DNA from: Octopus bimaculoides
Lineage: Eukaryota
Direction: 5' to 3'
Length of the DNA stretch: 64,000 bases
Assembly (NCBI RefSeq): GCF_001194135.2
Contig: NC_068983.1
Coordinates: forward strand, 119,939,821 to 120,003,820
The notes beneath the pieces were generated by a model. That model was given only the letters and a program-made list of their open reading frames with translations. It was not told the DNA's origin and did not search any database. Below are positions 39,266-52,363 of this stretch, one piece after another (position 1 is the first letter of the stretch; each line of letters opens with the position of its first letter). The position numbers and the translations under genes were made by a program.

Positions 39266-40335
39266 GACAACATATTTGAAACTATGAAGGTATTTAAACG
39301 TTCTAACAAAATGTGGGCAAATGCCTTTCCAACCAAAGACAAAAGTGAAATCCCACGAAAATTACCATACAGAATTCTTTGGACTCAATTTATACAAGGA
39401 GACTAAAATGGCATCAATCCAGTCTTGAGGCACTTTCTCAGTTCTCCAACAGTGACAAATTAATATATTTAAGAGTTCAAACATTTTGTCACCCCCATAT
39501 TTCAAGACTTCTGCACAGATTCCATCAGACCCTGGAGACTTATTGTTATTCAGCTTATTCACAGCTAAATAAATGTCATTTAGAGTTGGTTCAAATGCCA
39601 TCTTTTCTATAATTGGAAGGTGTTCAACTTTTTCTATCGTCCTCATGTCAGTGTATGAAGATCTATTAAAAAGTGCAGAAAAATGTTCTACCCAGCGCTT
39701 ATGAATAGAAGCGGTGTCAGTCAGAAGCAAACATACATTTGCTGTTCTCACTGGAGCTATTGAAGAAGATTTTGGGCCATATACCTCCTTAACATAAGAG
39801 TAAAAACTCTTGGCATCATTTCTATCAGCTGCTTTTTGTGCCCATTTTGCTCTATCATTCCACCATTCCTGTTTCATTTTCCTTAGAGCAGTTTGCACTT
39901 TCCTTTTCAGCTTTCTGTAAGCTTCGTTTGAGTTGGGGTTCAAGGACTGAGAAAGAAGTGTATTGCCTAAGTTTTGTTTTTCTAAAAGTAGATCATGCAT
40001 TTCTGTTGATCTATCTGAGAACCAGTCACTGGACTTACGTAATTTAAATCCCACTGACGAACTGGCAGCCTGAAATTCTGTTTTGAAATCTACCCATAGA
40101 TTGTTTGGGTCAAGATTGATGCTTTGTATTTCATTGTGGAATCTTTGCAAGTTGCTTGCTAATTTAAAGTTTGCAACATTTAACTTTTTCGGTACCTTAG
40201 GACCAGACTGTCCATTTTTAGCCATTATCGAAAAATTTATTTTTCCATGCATGAGATGATGGTCCAGCGAAAATCTGCTTTCTATAGATAAGATATCTAT
40301 GCAATGCTGACAATTTCTGAGTTCCAGCTGCATTC
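39266..40335 (-). mobile_element. RTE (BovB-like) LINE ORF2 fragment: endonuclease end, linker and RT N-terminus
   Basis: 323-aa ORF with DHHL, RWVEHFSALFNR, KSPGSDGICAEVLKYGG, VPQDWIDAILVSLYK, then a frameshift to SLVGKAFAHILLERL. Confidence 0.9.
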
Positions 40336-42810
40336 AAAACAACCCTATTAATTACAATTACTGTCCATCACATATCCATGTACTATGCAATATTCTTTCC
40401 CACTTTCTGGATTCACCAAAGGCCTGTTACCAGACTTTGGTGTCTGGGGGTGTTTCAGAATATTCTGGGTGGGCACTAATTTGCAATAATGCTAAAGTGG
40501 AGTAAATCTGAGGGTGCATTATTGAATAATGAGGGGGCAGTGCGTCTAGTGCAACTCCTTAATGATGGGCATGATTTACCAGCACTTCAATTAAGTAGAT
40601 TTATCTGAGTCCTGTTAGTCTATACTATCTCTGGGAACCTAAGTTATGAGAAACAGCTAGGTGACTTAAATGATTGAGATTGATTAAATTCCTCCATGTC
40701 ACAAACCACCAGACTCTCGGCCCTAAGCACTCCATAATGTTCGCACAAAGCCAAGCATTAGGCATTTTTAAAAATCTGCAAAATATGATTGCAATGACTT
40801 GAGAGTATTACTGATATTTAGTTTATTGAAAACGTAAAATACAATCTACCTCATAACTACAAAGATATACACAAGGGCTAAATTATATTTAAGCAGCATA
40901 AATTCTTTAGTATCATCTTTTAAGGTGTTGTTTGTTTTTCTTTTGATAGGACTACAATGTCTATATAATTTCATACACAGGGATGCAAGAACTATTTTTT
41001 GTTACAAATCTGTTTTTTCATATATAAAAATGAAGTACATATGTTTAAAATATAGAAAGAATGATGATCTTTTGGAGAAAGTCGCATATGCATAAGTGTG
41101 TGTCAGTGTGTGTTTGACTCATTCCTGGGACATGACAGACAATGCATGTGTGTGTATTTCACTTTTCAGCTCACTCATGGACCTCAAAGGAAATGTTGGC
41201 TTCAAACAACATAAGAAATGGAAGTTAAAGAAATAAAAATTTCATACGGAAATTGCCAAACAAAGAGATAAAACAGCTGATTTGATCAATGACACTTGAG
41301 TGATTTTCCCAAAATTTCTTCAGAATTCTGTAATTAACATTTTTTGTCCCTGTAATTGAAATCCTTTTTTTTGTTTTTTCCCCACTTTTGCCACACATTT
41401 GTTAATTTTTTTCACCACCATCCCTTTTTTTATTTATATCCAACAGAAAGAGTAAAAGAATTTAAAATAGTAGTGAAACCATATTTACCCATGCTTATTA
41501 ATTTCTTTTTGTAATTTTTTTTCTACACGACATAAAAAACTAAATGAATTAATTAAAAGAAAAACAAGAATTTGTTTTGAACTTAACCTGATTTCACTAT
41601 TGTTTGTGTTGATGGACAACTTGAATGACTTTTTGTCCATTAAGATATTTCAGTTTCCAGACAAGAACTGGGGCTAAACCACTTATGTCACAGCATTAAT
41701 GACCAATTCATGTTTTTTCAGGCACAGGAATATATTATTGAATATGTCCTTTTCTAAAATGGTAGGGGATGACATGGTCCAATGTTTTTCCTTATTTTAA
41801 TATAGTAGGGTGGGGCTGCTATTTCTAGCTGGTTGAGCAAATGCGTAAGGACTTCTCCTTTTCCTTTGCTGCAACCACTTGTTACGATCAACAGTGGTTC
41901 CCATTATACATCTCTTCAATTAATCAAAAGATAACTGAAATTTTCTTTTCAAGACCGAAATAGTAATTTCAACATGAAAGGTGATGAGAAAACGGGGGTG
42001 GGGTTAAGAAATTTGAAGAACACGGATTTTTTTGAAAAATTTTTGGTTTTAAAGAAAGCTACAAAACTATCAGACGTGTTTCAGCGTATGACATACAAGA
42101 GAAAAAAATGACAAAAAGAAAATTATTTTAATCGTGAAAAGTACGGGGAGGAGTTATGACATTTTTATCTCTAAAAATGCAGATTACATGTGTCAAAATG
42201 TTGAATACTATCACATAAAAAATAATGAAAAAGAAAATTGTGATGGCTATTGTAGATGGTAGAATTATGGGGGAAAGGACAGATGTTTAAAAAACATGTA
42301 TTAAAAGAATTTTTTTTTAAACAGGCTCCACCCACCACCAATGTTTTGAAATGTTTGATAATAACAAATTTGAAAAAATCCCGAGAAAGCAGAGAAATTT
42401 CACCTTACGTTGGACAGCTATTCCGAAAGTCCGCTGTCAAATAGCCATGACTGAGAGTTGCAGAAATACTATCTAGTGTGGCGCTGCAGTGACAGAAGAT
42501 GGCTCCACCAAATATTTTAATTGCATGTAGTGCCATCTTAGGCATGGGCACACTGGGTAGTTACCTGGAGGCCTCAAGGATCTAGGGGCCCAATTCTGAC
42601 CTATGTATGCTGTGGCTTACTGCCAATAAATACTATAGGCCCCAGTGCATATAATGGTCATTTACTTTAGCATGCAGTCTAACCCTAAACCCAACCCAAA
42701 TCAGGTTATTTCACAACATAAGATTATGGTTACTACAGTACACCGCTCGAATACATTTTGAACATAGCTTGTAGTTGCCATGACATTAGAATTAGACTCA
42801 ATTATGGAGA

Positions 42811-42832
42811 GGAAGTGACGTCAACGGAAGTG
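42811..42832 (+). promoter_or_regulatory. Overlapping ETS-CRE element plus a second ETS site; promoter of gene 2
   Basis: GGAAGTGACGTCA at 42811-42823 is followed by CGGAAGTG at 42825-42832. It lies about 320 bp upstream of a signal-peptide ATG in a CpG-rich region. Confidence 0.7.
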
Positions 42833-43151
42833 AAAACACGAAGATGCTTGTTGATGTCGTAAAAACAGCTTTCACTGCTCTTTTCCTTCCATCCGCTTGA
42901 CAGTCAGAAGTCTAAACAGTAGACTATCGAATTACAGCCTCTCGGAAGTTGCTGATGTGGCATGTACGAACACAAGTCAGCCTCTTTTAACCCTCTTTCT
43001 ACTTCGCATCATTCTTAGTTCCACGTTTACCATTTTCACTCGCGCACTTTATCGTGTGGCACCAAACGAAATATATTTTCCCTTCGTTTATTGTTTTTTT
43101 ATACACAACAAGCTATCGTAATCTCCGATGTAAGTTCTTTTATCGCTAATC

Positions 43152-43212
43152 ATGAAGAAATACTTGTTAATTCTTTGCGCACTTTTGGATCTTTATATGG
43201 TAGCCTGTCAAG
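43152..43212 (+). CDS. First coding exon of gene 2, signal peptide MKKYLLILCALLDLYMVACQ (secreted or membrane protein, unidentified)
   Basis: ATG in context aatcATGa, basic-hydrophobic-small-residue signal peptide pattern, and a perfect donor CAAG|gtaagt in phase 1, just downstream of the promoter motif. Confidence 0.7.
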
Positions 43213-43984
43213 GTAAGTTATATTTTATTTGTTTATATATTTTCATTCAGTTAATAGTTAAAATATCGCTTCAGACATTCAGCGGCTCCATCAAAGTTAG
43301 TTAACGGGATAGCATATTTGTTTTGGACTAGGCACTGCAAAACTAAAATTTTGCTTGAGAGAAAGAGCCTCGCCAATTGACTTAACTGCAGTATGTTACT
43401 GGTACTTGTTTTATCGCCGGCTAAAAAACAACAATATCAACTCTTGAGAAGTTGATTTCGGAATAATATGACGAATTATTAGTCAAAAAGATAGAAGTGT
43501 CCTTAAATTGTCAAGGTTGTCAAAATGAAACGCGTGTGTATAAAAGTGCGCGTTCATAAATATATATATATATTATTAATACCACAGTCAATGAAAGATC
43601 CATGGTAAACGTCTTTATTGAAATATCATATTTTTAGGAAACTTTCCTGAATATTCTCTACGAGGAGAACGAAACCTATTCTCTTGAGCCGACTTCATTG
43701 TATTGCACTATCGATTCACAAGTGGAAGGGTTAAATCCATGTACATAGATTGTACACATTTCATGTGCACACATGCAACCATTCTGTCTCATGCAATCAC
43801 ACGTGCATGTATACACACACACACATACGTGTGTGTATCACATGTATCAACCAGATGGATGTTATATACCATTGGTCACAATGCGCTTCCAATTCTTTAT
43901 TGATTGCGCCCTTATTTTCCATTTTGGCCCCAAATCGTTTAACTAAATCGTCTCCCCATCATTGTGTACGTGTTTATTATATAA

Positions 43985-44026
<42 letters not shown>

Positions 44027-47000
44027 AGTTCTGGTTATGATACACATTAAAAGTGAACATGAAATAATTACTTATTGGATTAAAAAGAAAGAAATTGAAA
44101 AGTTAAGTTGATAAACTTTGATGAAAATTTGTTCTGAATACTTCAACAGAAATAAGACTTTAAAAATAAATTTTCACTCTCAGACTTTCGTCTAATACGT
44201 AATATCAGTTTCCATCTGCCATTGGGGAATAAACTTTGTATAAAGTTTTTACTTTTTGCTGGATTTATTTGCTTATTTGTTACTTTTAATAAGTGACTGG
44301 ATACATTTGTAAAAATGCCTTTAAATTCATCATATAATTCATATTAATAAAGCTGCAGAGCTGGGACGAACTCTCTGCGGAGACAGTTCATAATGATGTT
44401 GTTTAGCCCCAGGTCAACCATGATCTGGAATACATACGTTGAAAGGTTTCAGCCGTTGTCATCTCGTTTCCGGAGAGTGGGTGAGGCTATAGTGTATCTG
44501 GAACAAATTTTATACGGTAGGATGCTATTTGAGGGCGATTTATAGCATTTTAGGCGACTACAAAAAGGCTTCCTTGCAATTGCTTGTTTTATCACCTATT
44601 TATCGCCTGTTGTTATTTTACTTCACGTATATCACTGTGGCTTTTAAGAAAGGTAGAGCTGTTTAGTCCCCAAGTCAGCAATATCTGATTCTGCAGTTTA
44701 TGATCAAAGCTGTTCCCGTAGTTACCCTCATATCATTTTCTTTCTTTAGTGTACATTATTCAATGCGTACACTTTTTAAAACAGTAGGTCGTGATTCGAA
44801 GGAGATTTGGCTGCTATTTCTAGTAGGTCGAGCAACCATGTGGAGGCAGCCTTCAATATTTATTCATTGAGGGAATGCGAGAAAAGACAATGCCCTGATC
44901 GATTTGTTTTGATATATTCAGTAATGTCAATAAATGGAATACAAGCCAACTAACTGGTGTCATCTCTTTCCTCACTACTTTAGATTCTTAAGGAAATAGC
45001 AAGAAACAAAGAAGCAAATTAAAATGTTGACTAAGCAAATATGCTTTGCATCACGTAGGCCAGTTTTTGCCACCGACCGACACGATACAATCTGTGCAGA
45101 TGAACTAAGTCAACCCACGCCAGCTCCACAATACTTGTTACTCAAACTTTTACGTTCCTGTTTCCATTTTGATATAATTTTGTTGTGGAGAAAGTGTATA
45201 TATATATATATATATATATATNNNNNNNNNNNNNNNNNNNNNNNNNNNNNNNNNNNNNNNNNNNNNNNNNNNNNNNNNNNNNNNNNNNNNNNNNNNNNNN
45301 NNNNNNNNNNNNNNNNNNNNNNNNNNNNNNNNNNNNNNNNNNNNNNNNNNNNNNNNNNNNNNNNNNNNNNNNNNNNNNNNNNNNNNNNNNNNNNNNNNNN
45401 NNNNNNNNNNNNNNNNNNNNNNNNNNNNNNNNNNNNNNNNNNNNNNNNNNNNNNNNNNNNNNNNNNNNNNNNNNNNNNNNNNNNNNNNNNNNNNNNNNNN
45501 NNNNNNNNNNTGGGGAGGGGGGACGGATGGGGAGAGCTTGTTTCCTCCTCTTTCCGTAATTCTTTCACATCTAACTTTTTCTTAATAATTTTTTCAGATT
45601 TATTTTTTAAAAAAACTTTTGAGATTATGTTACTTTAAAAACATGCTTCAAGCATTAATTTTAAAATATTTTCGAAAACGAGTCACAACTGAAAAGTTAA
45701 AAGAAAAGAGGTGGAACAAAATAATCATTCCCACCAAAATAATAATAATAATTCTTTCTAAAGCTTTGGGAAGAGGGTTATTTGATTACATCGACTCCAG
45801 TACTTGACTGGAACCTTATTTTATAGACCTCAAAATGGCAAAAGGCAAAAGTTGACCTCAGTAGTATTTGAACTCAGAATGTAAAGAGTTGGAAGAAATG
45901 TCACTCAGCATTCCTTTGACACTCTTGAGATTCTGCCAACGTGCACGCGCGCGCGCGTTACACGCATACACATACATGTGCGCACGCACGCACACACAAG
46001 TAATTATATGCATATATAGTCACTGTATAAAGTGTTGTAATTACTGTAGAAGCTGAAATTTAAAATTGGTACTTTCGAAGCAGCTGTCTTGTTTCAATTA
46101 AAAAGTATTTGCTTGGTTTAGTGATATAAAAATTGAAATTTCTTCCTCCCTCTTAATGAAAAAAGCAAAAAAAGTTTGTATCTATATACAATAATTCTTT
46201 TCTTTGCCGTGGTGTTTGACAAGTTTGAAAAAACATTAAAGTCAGCTAAATTTTCGGTTGAATTTTTTTTTAAACATAGCAATTTATCACCCACCCCTCT
46301 TCACTCTTCAGTCTGCATTGCTCCACTCCACTCCAGCCTAAGCAAGGGCATACTTTCGCCTGAATGTGATGCACTGGTTTAGTTCAAGTTGTAATTTCCC
46401 CTGACTGGCTGCCCTGCATTTTCGGGTGCAGGCATACACAGAAACATGTCCTATTCCTTTCTGACACAAATCTAACAACTAACTGTGTAACATTGATATA
46501 GTTGGACCAGTGTCCTCAACTTGTTATAGTTATGTTTTGGCTGTTGAAACCTGCAGCCTTATTCAAATGCCTGTCATATTCAGTAACATTCTTTGAGTTT
46601 CAATCTGAACCTTTTATTTAAATTACAGGGGGCAGATTATTCTCATACCATTATCCAAACTAGGAATATTCTCTTATAAGTTCTCTTACTTATGATGCTG
46701 TTTACTCATTTTGTGTAAACATATTTTTCCTGCAGTTCTCAAGTTGCCATTGTTCAAGAGGAACATTGATGGCATTGATCTCACAATCTGAGACAACCTC
46801 TAGATAAAACCCATACACACACTTGAAACCAAATTCCTCTCATATAGCTTTCATCAATCCAAGGCTGCATTAGAAGACAATGCTAGCCCAAGGTACTGTG
46901 CATTGAAATCAAATCTGAAAGCCCTTGGTTGCAAAGTAAAATTCTTAACCACGTGACTATAGCTATTTCTGATAACACATACCATACACAAATGTCTGTA

Positions 47001-47104
47001 TTTACCACTTTGGGTTCTGCTAGTTTGAATTCTTTTTCTTTCATTCTGTATTATAGAAAGGAAACATTATTATTATTATTATTATTATTATTATAAGCGT
47101 GACC

Positions 47105-47439
47105 GTTACCAACATTGCCTTCCTGGCACTTGTGCCAGTGGCACGTGAAAAGACATTCGAGCGAGTTTGTTGCCAGTACTGCTGGACTGGCTCCTGTGCA
47201 GGTGGCACGTAAAATACACCATTTCTAGCGTGGCCGTTGCCAGTACCTCCTGACTGGCCTTTGTGCCGGTGGCATGTAAAAGCACCCACTACACTCTCGG
47301 AGTGGTTGGCGTTAGGAAGGGCATCCAGCTGTAGAAACTCTGCCAGATCAGATTGGAGCCTGGTGTAGCCATCTGGTTCACCAGTCCTCAGTCAAATCGT
47401 CCAACCCATGCTAGCATGGAAAGCGGACGTTAAACGATG

Positions 47440-47440
<1 letters not shown>
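47105..47440 (+). mobile_element. RTE 3' UTR fragment in sense orientation, flanked by (ATT)n
   Basis: Array units, then gttggcgttaggaagggcatccagctgtag...gcggacgttaaacgatga and (ATT)n at 47440-47493. Confidence 0.85.
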
Positions 47441-47499
<59 letters not shown>

Positions 47500-47749
47500 G
47501 AGGTGCATAGCTTAGTGGTCAAGGTGTTGCACTCACCCAGGTTTCAATTCCTGGATTGGGCAATGTGTTATGTTCGTGAGCAAAACACTTCATTTCATGT
47601 TGCTCCAGTCCACTCAGTTGGCAAAATTGAGTAATCCTGTAATGGAACAGCATCCTGTCTGCAAGGTGGGGGTGGGAGTGTATGAGATATATACGTCAGA
47701 GAATCCAGCAAATGGATATTATGAGCCTGTGGCTCAAGAAAGACCTTTG

Positions 47750-48210
47750 ACCCTTTGAAGGCAGCAAGCTGGTGGAATTGTCATTGCACTTGACAAAATG
47801 CTGAGTGGCTTTTCTTTTGACTTGACATTCTGAGTTCAAATATTGCTGAGGTTGATTGTGCCTTTCATCCTTCAAAGTTGATAAAATAAGTACCAGTTGA
47901 GCACTAGGTCAATGTAATCAGCCTACTGCCTCACCCAAAATTGCTGGCCTTGTGCCAAAATTTGATACCATTATTGTTGTTGTTGTTGTTGTTAAGTCAG
48001 CAAGCTGGCAGAATCGTTAGCACACTAGTCAAAATGCTTAGCAGTATTTTGTCTGGCTTCACATTCTGAGTTCAAATTCCACCGAGATTGACTTTACGTT
48101 TCATTCTTTTAGGGTAAATGAAGTAAGTCCCAGTTGAGCACTGGAGTTGATGTAATTGACTTCCCTGCTCCCCTGAAATTGCTAGTGTTGTGTCAAAATT
48201 TTAACCCATT
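47750..48210 (+). mobile_element. Two tandem tRNA-derived SINEs (type B tail)
   Basis: Same head and body as type A, but the tail is aaattgctggccttgtgccaaaatttga..ccattatt. Other copies lie at about 18110-18230, 21790-22000, 26200-26380, 45730-45940, 52590-52790, 54925-55090 and 55525-55740. Confidence 0.8.
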
Positions 48211-50589
48211 ATTATTAGCATCATCATTGTTGTTGTTCTTAATTTTTTTGTGTGTCTTTGTTTTCTATTCCTCTAGGATTGATTAAATACCAACAGTGTA
48301 ACTGCTTTTGAATTGTTCTGTTATATATTATATACAACTCTCTCCTCTTACAAAATATGTTGTTCTTAAGAAAATGAGTCACTCATCCCACCAGAAATAG
48401 CAGCTAAATTTCTTTCAAATCATATCCAGCCACCTTGGATGGGAGGGGAAACTTTAAATAGCATAGTCCTTCACACAAAATTCCTGAGAGAAGGATGGAG
48501 TGGTCATAATTGGAATGCCTTAGCTCATAGACCTGCTCCAGGGCTGGCCTAGGCCCAAACAATAACAACAACTATTTCTCTAACAATAAAATGTATACCT
48601 ATAACTTACTTGAATTCTAATTAACCTTCTTCTTTACATGCTGTTGAGCATTCTTTATTATTGTTATTTACACTTTTTCTTGTGACAAAGTGTAATTTAA
48701 CCTTTCTGTACTTATGTTTCTTATTGTACTAACTCAGTCTGCTTTTTCTGGTTTTTGTTAGATATTTAATGGAATTGCATACTAAATATCAGTGTTATTT
48801 ATGTTTAATGTATGCATGTGTGTGTATGTGAGGGATTGGGTATGTGACTTTTAATGTTATTCCAAGGTCTTTATGAATTGTTTAGCTATTTTGGTCTGAC
48901 TATAGTTACTGAAACTGGCCTATATAAGCAGGCAAGATAACAGCTTTGTAACCAAGAAAGTTGTGAAGTACTAGAACTAGGTAGACCTTTACTGATTTAG
49001 CCAGTGTATTTAGTAGCATGGCATTTAACCATATATCATGAGGATAAAGTTTAGTTTGATTTGTTTCCTACTGTAATGTGAAATGTAAACTCTGGCTGGT
49101 TTTATAATGGAAAGAATTTAGTTTTCAAGGTGATCACTAAAACAAACACAGATCTCCATATTTTTACTATTTACTATTCACCTTTATTACTATCCATTAC
49201 TCTCTCCCCTCCCCTACCATTTCCTCACCTCAACCACTCCTTTGTTACTATCATGCTCTTGCTCCTTTCAGCCACCTATCTTGATTATTCTGTTATTAAC
49301 CTTCCTTCTCTTCACCTTCTTGGTCACATTGTCTTGAGGAAACAAACCCATCATAGTGTAAGGAGGAATATTTAGTCTTATAAAGTACAAAGCAAACTCA
49401 CTTGCATAGGTACCATGATAAAATGCACCCAGTACACTTCATAAAGTAATGGTGATAAGCAAAGAGAATGTAGAGTGACTAATGCTAGTGCTACAATAAA
49501 ATGTCCCCCAGTAGATTCTCTGAAGCTATTGGCAAAAGGAAGGGCATCTAGCTGTTGAAACCAAGCCAAAAGTGAGAAAATTGCAATGTAGAAGCAAAGC
49601 ATGGTCTTCTTGTTTTTGAAAGCAGTAAGTCTAAATAAGAACTGACTTGGATCATGACAATCCAACCAAACCAAAAGTAGATGTAAAATGAGTATGATGA
49701 TAATAGGGTGTTTGTGTGCAGATATATGTATACATGCATATGTATGCATGTATAGGTGCACATGTGGGGTAACAAAGGACCAGGAGTTGTGGCAATTTTC
49801 TGTACTTGAGAAGATCTGTCAAGTTAAGTAAAATTGCAATCATCTATACATATAGACATGTCCTTTGCAGGTGCTGATACCATGTAAAATGAACTCATAC
49901 TAGTGCTGTGGAAATGCACCCGTACCAGTTGCATGTAAAAAGCACCCAGTACATTATGTTAAGTGGTTGGTGTTAGGAAGGGCATTCAGCTGTAGAAACC
50001 ATGCCAAAACAAACAATTAGAGTCTGGCCAGCTCCTATCAAATCATCCAGCCCATGCCAACATGGAAAATGGATGTTAAAGGACGACGATGACGATATGT
50101 ATATGTAAAATCACCATCACTGTTTAATGTCAACATGGGTCAAACAGAATTTGTTGAGGTGGATTTTCTGTGATCAGATGCCCTTCTTGTCACCAACTCT
50201 TACCTATTTCCTAGTAAGGTAATATTTCCCCATGATCAGACATGGAAGATTGGAAACAAAGGATGCCACTTACATGACGGTGACATTTGGTTACAGCTAT
50301 CAAGCAATGTTAAGGCAAAGCAACAGTAACCTACACACATACAGATATATTATGCAATGGGCTTCTTTCAGTTTCCATCAATCAAACCCACTCACAAGTC
50401 TTTGGTTGGCACAGGGCTATAGTAGAAGACACTAACCCAAGGTGCTATGCTGTGGTATCTATATATTTGTGTGTGTGTATGTGATGTGTTCAAAATGTAT
50501 CTGACTTTTGGTCATAAAAAAGACTATTTTGTACATTTCCCAAATTTTGTTTAATCAAAATACTCCCCTTAGAAGTTCACACACTTTTT

Positions 50590-50905
50590 CCAGTGCTTCT
50601 GCCAATGCTGGTAACACCTCTGGAATGATATGGAGTTCCACCACTGCTTTCCTCATAATTTCTCCTCATAGCCCTTTCAGTGTGGCTTTCAGTTTAGGAA
50701 AGGGCCAGAAGTCACATGGTGCCAAGTCGGGAGAGTAAGGAACCTGTTGAACAAGTAGTGTGTTGTTCTTGATCAAGAAAGCTTGGTTTATGTGGGCAGA
50801 ATGAGCAGGCACATTGTCATGGTGAAGTTGCCAGTTCTTTTTCATCCATGTGTCCAGCTGTTTTCAATGCACAGCATCACAAAGGCAACATATAGCCACC
50901 AGGAT
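50590..50905 (-). mobile_element. Mariner catalytic C-terminal fragment
   Basis: WQLHHDNVPAHSAH...VPYSPDLAPCDFWPFPKLK. Confidence 0.85.
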
Positions 50906-51441
50906 ACTTTTTGAACATACCTCATATATGTATATAATTTGTGTAAATAAGGAATGACTTTTATTTCAAACATGTTAAATTAAAAAATGTGACTGTTCAA
51001 GTTCAGTCTTTTAACGATTTTTTCATATTTCCTTATTAGTCTTTTAGATTTTGTTTGGGACAATTGCATTCCTAAATCCATTACTCTATTAACGTTTCAA
51101 GACCTTCCTGGCATCATCACCAGGATGACTAGAGTAGTACTAGCATATTGCTTCTGCACTTTGCTGTATGTTGCAAAGGGTCTCAAGAATACTGTTATAA
51201 ATGACAAAATCATCAATTCTTGATTTAAAAATTATACAACAGTTAAATCCTGGTAGATTTTTGTTTGTAATCAATTAATGCTTTTCTGTAAAATATATTT
51301 TATGTAATGCATCAGTTGTTGTGATGGCTCCTTGTTTTAAATGCAAGGTCAGCTAACAAACTTGTTTGTCTGACATAACAATTTTAGTCATGAAGTTTAC
51401 AACTTTCATGTTTATATTTTAAATTTGTATATTAAAATATA

Positions 51442-51671
51442 CAGAGTTGGCCAAAAGTCACCTGACAGTAAATCAAAGCCATTTAATTAAAATATATATT
51501 TATGTTTAACAACTGAATGAATTTAATAAAAGCATCTAAATATGAAACATGAAAATTGTCCGAACTGAAGTCCTTCTTGAACGACGCATTTTTCCATTCG
51601 AGTCAATACAGAATTACAAATCCTATTTATGGCATTTTGATTTACTGTTGGGTGACTTTTGGCCAACCCTG
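51442..51671. mobile_element. Tc1/mariner-type MITE with ~36-bp TIRs and TA TSD
   Basis: TA|cagagttggccaaaagtcacctgacagtaaatcaaa ... tttgatttactgttgggtgacttttggccaaccctg|TA. Confidence 0.9.
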
Positions 51672-52144
51672 TACATCTGTCCAATCTATTCCAGCATGGA
51701 AAAAGGACGTTAAATGATGATGATGATTTGTATATTAACAAGTCGCTTGTCAAGAGTTGACTTCATACAATCACTTTGTGAAGAGAAAAAGTGAGATTGG
51801 TCCATCTGATCTCAATCCTTCTTAGGACAGCTTCAGAAAGTATTTCCAACTGCTCATGGATACATTGTGTTTGTGGTGACAAGAATTCAGGGCTTCATTA
51901 AATTAAAAGATCCAATTCGCAAAAATAACAATTTGATACAGCTTCCATTTCTTTCTTCCTTTTCCTCTTTTCTTTTTTTACAATAGTCCAATGTATTCAC
52001 TACAGTATATTTACAGATGCAGTGTCAGCTTAAAATTTAGAGTCTGGTGTATTTACAGCTCCAAGCATACATTTCTTAACATGTCAAAAATTTATTAACT
52101 GCCTTAGCTGCCAGCATTGTGCTATTTATGCAAATCTAATTTAA

Positions 52145-52363
52145 CCCTTTAGCATTCAGATTATTCTATCAAATTTAATACTTCTTCATCCATATTGTTT
52201 TAAGCTAATCATGCATTATTTCGTAGCTTCAAGGTTTCAATGATGTTATCACCTATTTTTAGAATGACATTATAGGTTGGTGTGAGATACAAAATCTGAG
52301 CAGTTTTAACATAAAACAGGTAGATCATTTGGGCCGGATATGGCCGGTTTAAACACTAAAGAG
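52145..52363. mobile_element. TTAA MITE of the 7498 family
   Basis: TTAA|ccctttagca...ctaaagag|TTAA. A truncated copy lies at 54711 to about 54900. Confidence 0.85.

Larger units (their letters stand above)
2786..45510. other. Seven assembly gaps (N runs) within this span
   Basis: 2786-2855, 11065-11287, 14905-15129, 23238-23341, 34284-34393, 37900-37909 and 45222-45510. Most abut (TA)n or tandem repeats. Confidence 1.
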
